Positions 32,621 through 36,938 of a stretch of 36,938 bases of DNA are shown here, piece after piece. The first letter of the stretch is position 1, and each line of letters starts with the position of its first letter. The translations under genes were made by a program, and so were the position numbers. The stretch spans positions 9,371 through 46,308 of the forward strand of contig PS015243.1 of assembly GCA_048213135.1 (NCBI GenBank), given 5' to 3'. The stretch comes from Reclinomonas americana ATCC 50394 (lineage: Eukaryota). The notes under the pieces are model-generated. The model made no database searches, was not told the DNA's origin, and saw only the letters and a program-made list of their open reading frames with translations.

Positions 32621-32994
32621 TTTCTTTGATCCCGAGACTGAGCGAATCAACGGCAGCTCCCTCTCTGTGCCTCACACTCCACGCCCTCTCTTCGCAAGCA
32701 CGCGTTCTGCTCAGCCTTTTGGCCCCAACCCTTTTTCTCCGCGTGTCCTGTTTCAATGTCGACGTCGCACTGTTGTGCACGAGAGCAATGTGGCCTTGCG
32801 AGAGCAAGCGCGCTCTCTCACTCACTTGCGCACTTTCTCACTCTGCGTCTCACGGCAAGCCTCACTGTGTGCCTCACAACTTGTCTCAATGCAACAATGT
32901 CCTGGCTGATCTTCAATCACTTCTTATCTTGTAAGACCTTAACGCGAAGGCACATCGCGCTCTGTTCTCCTACGAAACACAGCCTTCCTTATAC

Positions 32995-33188
32995 ATGGCC
33001 TCCTCCTCTAGTGGTGGAGGCGACGAAATCCGCCGCCTCCAATACCTCTCTCTCGTCTCTCGCGTGTGCGTCGAGCTAGAGAACCACCTCGGTGTCAGCG
33101 ACCACACCCTCGCCGAGTTCGTCATTGAGCTGGCCAACAGCGCCACCAATGCGCGGCACTTTAGCTCGCAACTGACGGAGAATGGCGC
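32995..33188 (+). pseudogene. Truncated duplicate of the DHX8 5' end
   Basis: Reads identical to 33450-33643 up to ...LTENGA, then runs into a (GA)n tract. Confidence 0.75.
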
Positions 33189-33213
33189 AGAAGGGGGAAG
33201 AGAGAGTTTGCAA

Positions 33214-33256
<43 letters not shown>

Positions 33257-33449
33257 AGCAAAGAAGTGGATGCAGTGAGCATGGTGGATGCTTGCTCTCT
33301 ATCTCTTCTTAACATGCTTGCACTCTTACCTGTGCCTCACAGCTCGCAAGTTGTCCCATCGAAGTCCTCCTTATCATTTTCTTTGCAAGACCGTAACGCG
33401 AAGGCACAGCGCTGCTCTGTTCTTAGCCTAAGAGCCTTCTCCTCCTCCA

Positions 33450-34987
33450 ATGGCCTCCTCCTCTAGTGGTGGAGGCGACGAAATCCGCCGCCTCCAATAC
33501 CTCTCTCTCGTCTCTCGCGTGTGCGTCGAGCTAGAGAACCACCTCGGTGTCAGCGACCACACCCTCGCCGAGTTCGTCATTGAGCTGGCCAACAGCGCCA
33601 CCAATGCGCGGCACTTTAGCTCGCAACTGACGGAGAATGGCGCGGAGATGCCCGAGTCGTTTGCGGAGAACTTGTTCAAGTTGATTCAGCGGATGAAGCC
33701 CAGTGCGGCTTCAAGTGGCGCAAGTGGAAGTGGAAGTGGCGCGAGTGGCAGTGGCGCGAGTGCGGCGGTGGCGAGTGCGGATGTGAGGTGAGTGTGTGTG
33801 TGTGTGTGTGGAGAGAGCGGGAGAGTGCGTGTGTTGTCGACGTCAAAGTGTCACACTTCTATGTGACTCTTCTCCTCACTCTCACTCTCGCACACTTTCA
33901 CTCACTTGTGCACACTCTACAGCTCCCTCTCACGCTCACACACGCGCACTCTTTGCACACAGAGAGAGCACTGATCGTCAAAGTGTCACACTTTTATGTG
34001 ACTCTTCTCTCTCTCACTCTCCCCCCTTCTCACGCACACATGCGCGCTCTTTTCGCTCAGACAAGAAGCGTTGACGATCAAAGTGTCACTCACACACTCT
34101 CTCTCACACATGTACTCTCATGTACACACACTCTACTCTCTCTCACTCTCAGGGAGCCTTGACGACCAAAGTGTCACACTTTTACGTGACTCTTGTCTCT
34201 TGCACTCACTCTCACACTCCTTCTCTCATGCACACTCTCACATACGCACTCACTTGCTCAGACAAGAAGAACCTTCACGATCGAAGTGTCACTTTCATGA
34301 GACTTTGACTTTCACATCACACTGTTGCTCGTGTCTGCCTGCCCTCTCCCTTCTGCTCCCTCTATCTTCACTCTCTTCTCCTCTCATCTCCTTCTCCTTT
34401 CATGCGCGCGCGTGTTTTTCGTGGACATGTCCAATCCATTGTTGCCGCTCACACTCCTTTCCTCCTCGCAGTGGGAAGCGCGCCATGTTCCCCGGCTTGA
34501 GCGTGCCCGACGCACCCGGTCCGATTCCCGTTCAAGTTGGAACCACGCGCAAGCGCGATCGCAGTCCGACCGACGACGACGACGACGACGATGGCGGTGA
34601 TAGGCGCAAGCGACAGCGCGACTTGGAGGGAGGTTCGCGCTCTCCGCCGCCGCCTCGTGGCGATCGTGAGCGGGGGCGGCGCAGTCCGAGTCCGCGGAGC
34701 TCGAGGGGAAGGAGGAGTCCGAGTCCGCCGCCGCGAGGGGGGAGGTCGGAGCGGGGTGGTGCGAGTGGAAGTGGAGTTGCGTCAACAGGGAAAGGGCTGA
34801 GTGAGTGAGGCTCTCGTGCTCTCGAGCTGGCTTTACTGTCTTTCTTTCGTGCTTGTTCTTCAACACATTATCGGACGCGTACTTGTGTTCCTCTCTCTTT
34901 CTCTCGCTCTCTTTCTCTCTCGCTCTTGTCTTCTTCTCAGTTCCTTTCCGCCAGTTTGTCACCCGTTCTCTTCCTCTCGCCTTCTGC

Positions 34988-35026
<39 letters not shown>

Positions 35027-36722
35027 ACTCGAGTCGTTTTTCACCCCTCACTCGCGCTTGCATCCCTCCCCTTGCGTTCCTTTTCTCTCTTTCTCACTCT
35101 CTTTCTCTCCCTCTCTCTCTCTATTCCTCACTCTCTCTCTCTTCTTCACTCTCTCTCTCTCCCTCCCTCTCTCTCGCTGATAATCATTTTTCACTCTATC
35201 ACAATGCGCCGTGTGGTTCACAACTTCTCACCTTTACTCATCGCATCCTTCTCTCCACCTTACTTTTTTATCTCTCCGTCTCATGCCCCCTCTCTCTTTC
35301 CTCTCTCTTCTTCCTGTCTCTCTCCTCTCCACTTCCTCATTGCGCTCCCCGTCTCTCTCCCCCACCCAACCCCCCTCTTTCTCCCCCTTCCTCTATCCCC
35401 TTCTCTTCCCCCTTCAGTCTTCCCCCTTCAGTCTTACCCCTTCTCTTCCCCTTCTCTTCCCCCTTCTCTTCCCCCCCCCTCTCTCTCCCCTCTCCCCCTT
35501 TTCCCTTCTCCCTTCGTCTTCCCCCTTCGTCTTCCCCCTTCGTCTTCCCCCTTCGNNNNNNNNNNNNNNNNNNNNNNNNNNNNNNNNNNNNNNNNNNNNN
35601 NNNNNNNNNNNNNNNNNNNNNNNNNNNNNNNNNNNNNNNNNNNNNNNNNNNNNNNNNNNNNNNNNNNNNNNNNNNNNNNNNNNNNNNNNNNNNNNNNNNN
35701 NNNNNNNNNNNNNNNNNNNNNNNNNNNNNNNNNNNNNNNNNNNNNNNNNNNNNNNNNNNNNNNNNNNNNNNNNNNNNNNNNNNNNNNNNNNNNNNNNNNN
35801 NNNNNNNNNNNNNNNNNNNNNNNNNNNNNNNNNNNNNNNNNNNNNNNNNNNNNNNNNNNNNNNNNNNNNNNNNNNNNNNNNNNNNNNNNNNNNNNNNNNN
35901 NNNNNNNNNNNNNNNNNNNNNNNNNNNNNNNNNNNNNNNNNNNNNNNNNNNNNNNNNNNNNNNNNNNNNNNNNNNNNNNNNNNNNNNNNNNNNNNNNNNN
36001 NNNNNNNNNNNNNNNNNNNNNNNNNNNNNNNNNCCCCATCTCTTCCCCCATGTCTTCCCCCTTCGTCTTCTTGCTCTTCCCCTTCCTCTTCCCCCTTGCT
36101 CTTCTCCCTTGCTCTTCTCCCTTCTCCCCCTTTCCCCTCCCCCTTCCCCTCCCCCTTTCCCCTCCCTCTTTCCCCTCATCTCCCTTCTTCCCCCTTTCTG
36201 CCCCCTTTCCCCCTTCCCCCCTCACCTCCCCTCTTCCCTTCGCCCTTTTCCTCACCCCCTTTCCCTTCGCAGTCCCGCCAACCCGTCGAACTCGAAATCA
36301 ACACCGTCTACAAGGGCACCGTGGCCAACATCACCGACTACGGCGCTTTCGTCCAACTGAAAGAGACCGCCACCGGCCTCCCCGTCGCCGGCCGCCGCGA
36401 GGGCCTCCTGCACGCCTCCGAAGTGGTGTCGTCGCGCACCGGCGCCGACGTCAAGGACAAGCTGCGACGCAACGAGGAGGTCTTTGTCAAGCTGCTGGCC
36501 ATGGCCGGCACGCGCATGACACTGACCATGCGCGACATTGATCAACGCACGGGCGCCGATCGCGCCCCCCGACGACCACCGCCGCCGGCGACACGCGGCC
36601 CGACCAGCATGTCGGCCACCAGCTCCAACTCGGTGCCGATTGGCGGTGGGGCGAGTGGGGGTACCGGGGCGGCCGCCTTTATCGGCGACGACACGGTGGA
36701 GGCCAGGAGGCCGAACAAGAAG
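33450..36722 (+). CDS. DHX8: Pre-mRNA splicing DEAH-box helicase DHX8/PRP22, 5' part (N-terminal domain, RS-rich region, S1 domain); continues beyond the window
   Basis: Exon 33450-33787 encodes LQYLSLVSRVCVELENHLGVSDHTLAEFVI...NGAEMPESF. Exon 34472-~34775 encodes FPGLSVPD plus RS/SP repeats. Exon 36273-36722 encodes the S1 domain VYKGTVANITDYGAFVQL...REGLLHASE...LTMRDIDQRTGAD. Confidence 0.93.
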
Positions 36723-36831
36723 GTGAGTGGGGTGGAAGGGGGAATGATGGGGAAAGGGGAAGGGAAAGGAGGAGGAATAGGAGAGGGAGTGACAGAGTGA
36801 GCCAAGGGTAGAAACGAGAAAGTGCGAGAAT

Positions 36832-36938
<107 letters not shown>

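Noticed and set aside
31168-32934. 588-aa plus-strand ORF and similar antisense ORFs over copies A-E
   Set aside because: These are antisense shadows of the GC-rich ANK and coiled-coil exons. They break at different places in each paralog and carry no domain signal.

Overview
Gapped scaffold from an intron-rich, microsatellite-rich eukaryote, most likely a protist; it is not prokaryotic. Most long ORFs in the supplied track are low-complexity artefacts, so I rebuilt the real genes by hand from GT-AG exons with consistent phases. The window holds a roughly 28-kb array of six paralogous cytoplasmic ankyrin-repeat/coiled-coil genes, A-F. It is flanked by a bacterial-type RimK/DcsG-like ATP-grasp gene on the left and the 5' part of DHX8/PRP22 on the right. 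Copies A, D, E and F end in an IRAK/Pelle-type kinase, and B has no kinase. Copy C carries a different tail: a second coiled coil, a putative HEPN RNase domain (RHRVSH motif) and a TKL-type kinase. A decayed fragment of the old Pelle exon lies just behind it. The six ankyrin domains share a nearly fixed framework but differ heavily at the positions that form the ankyrin binding surface. Three copies of an unrecognised 4-TM gene, a fragment of a fourth, and a FAM221 gene are interleaved. Together this looks like a diversifying sensor-plus-swappable-effector locus, possibly immune. That role is an inference: no database search, dN/dS calculation or RNA evidence was available.
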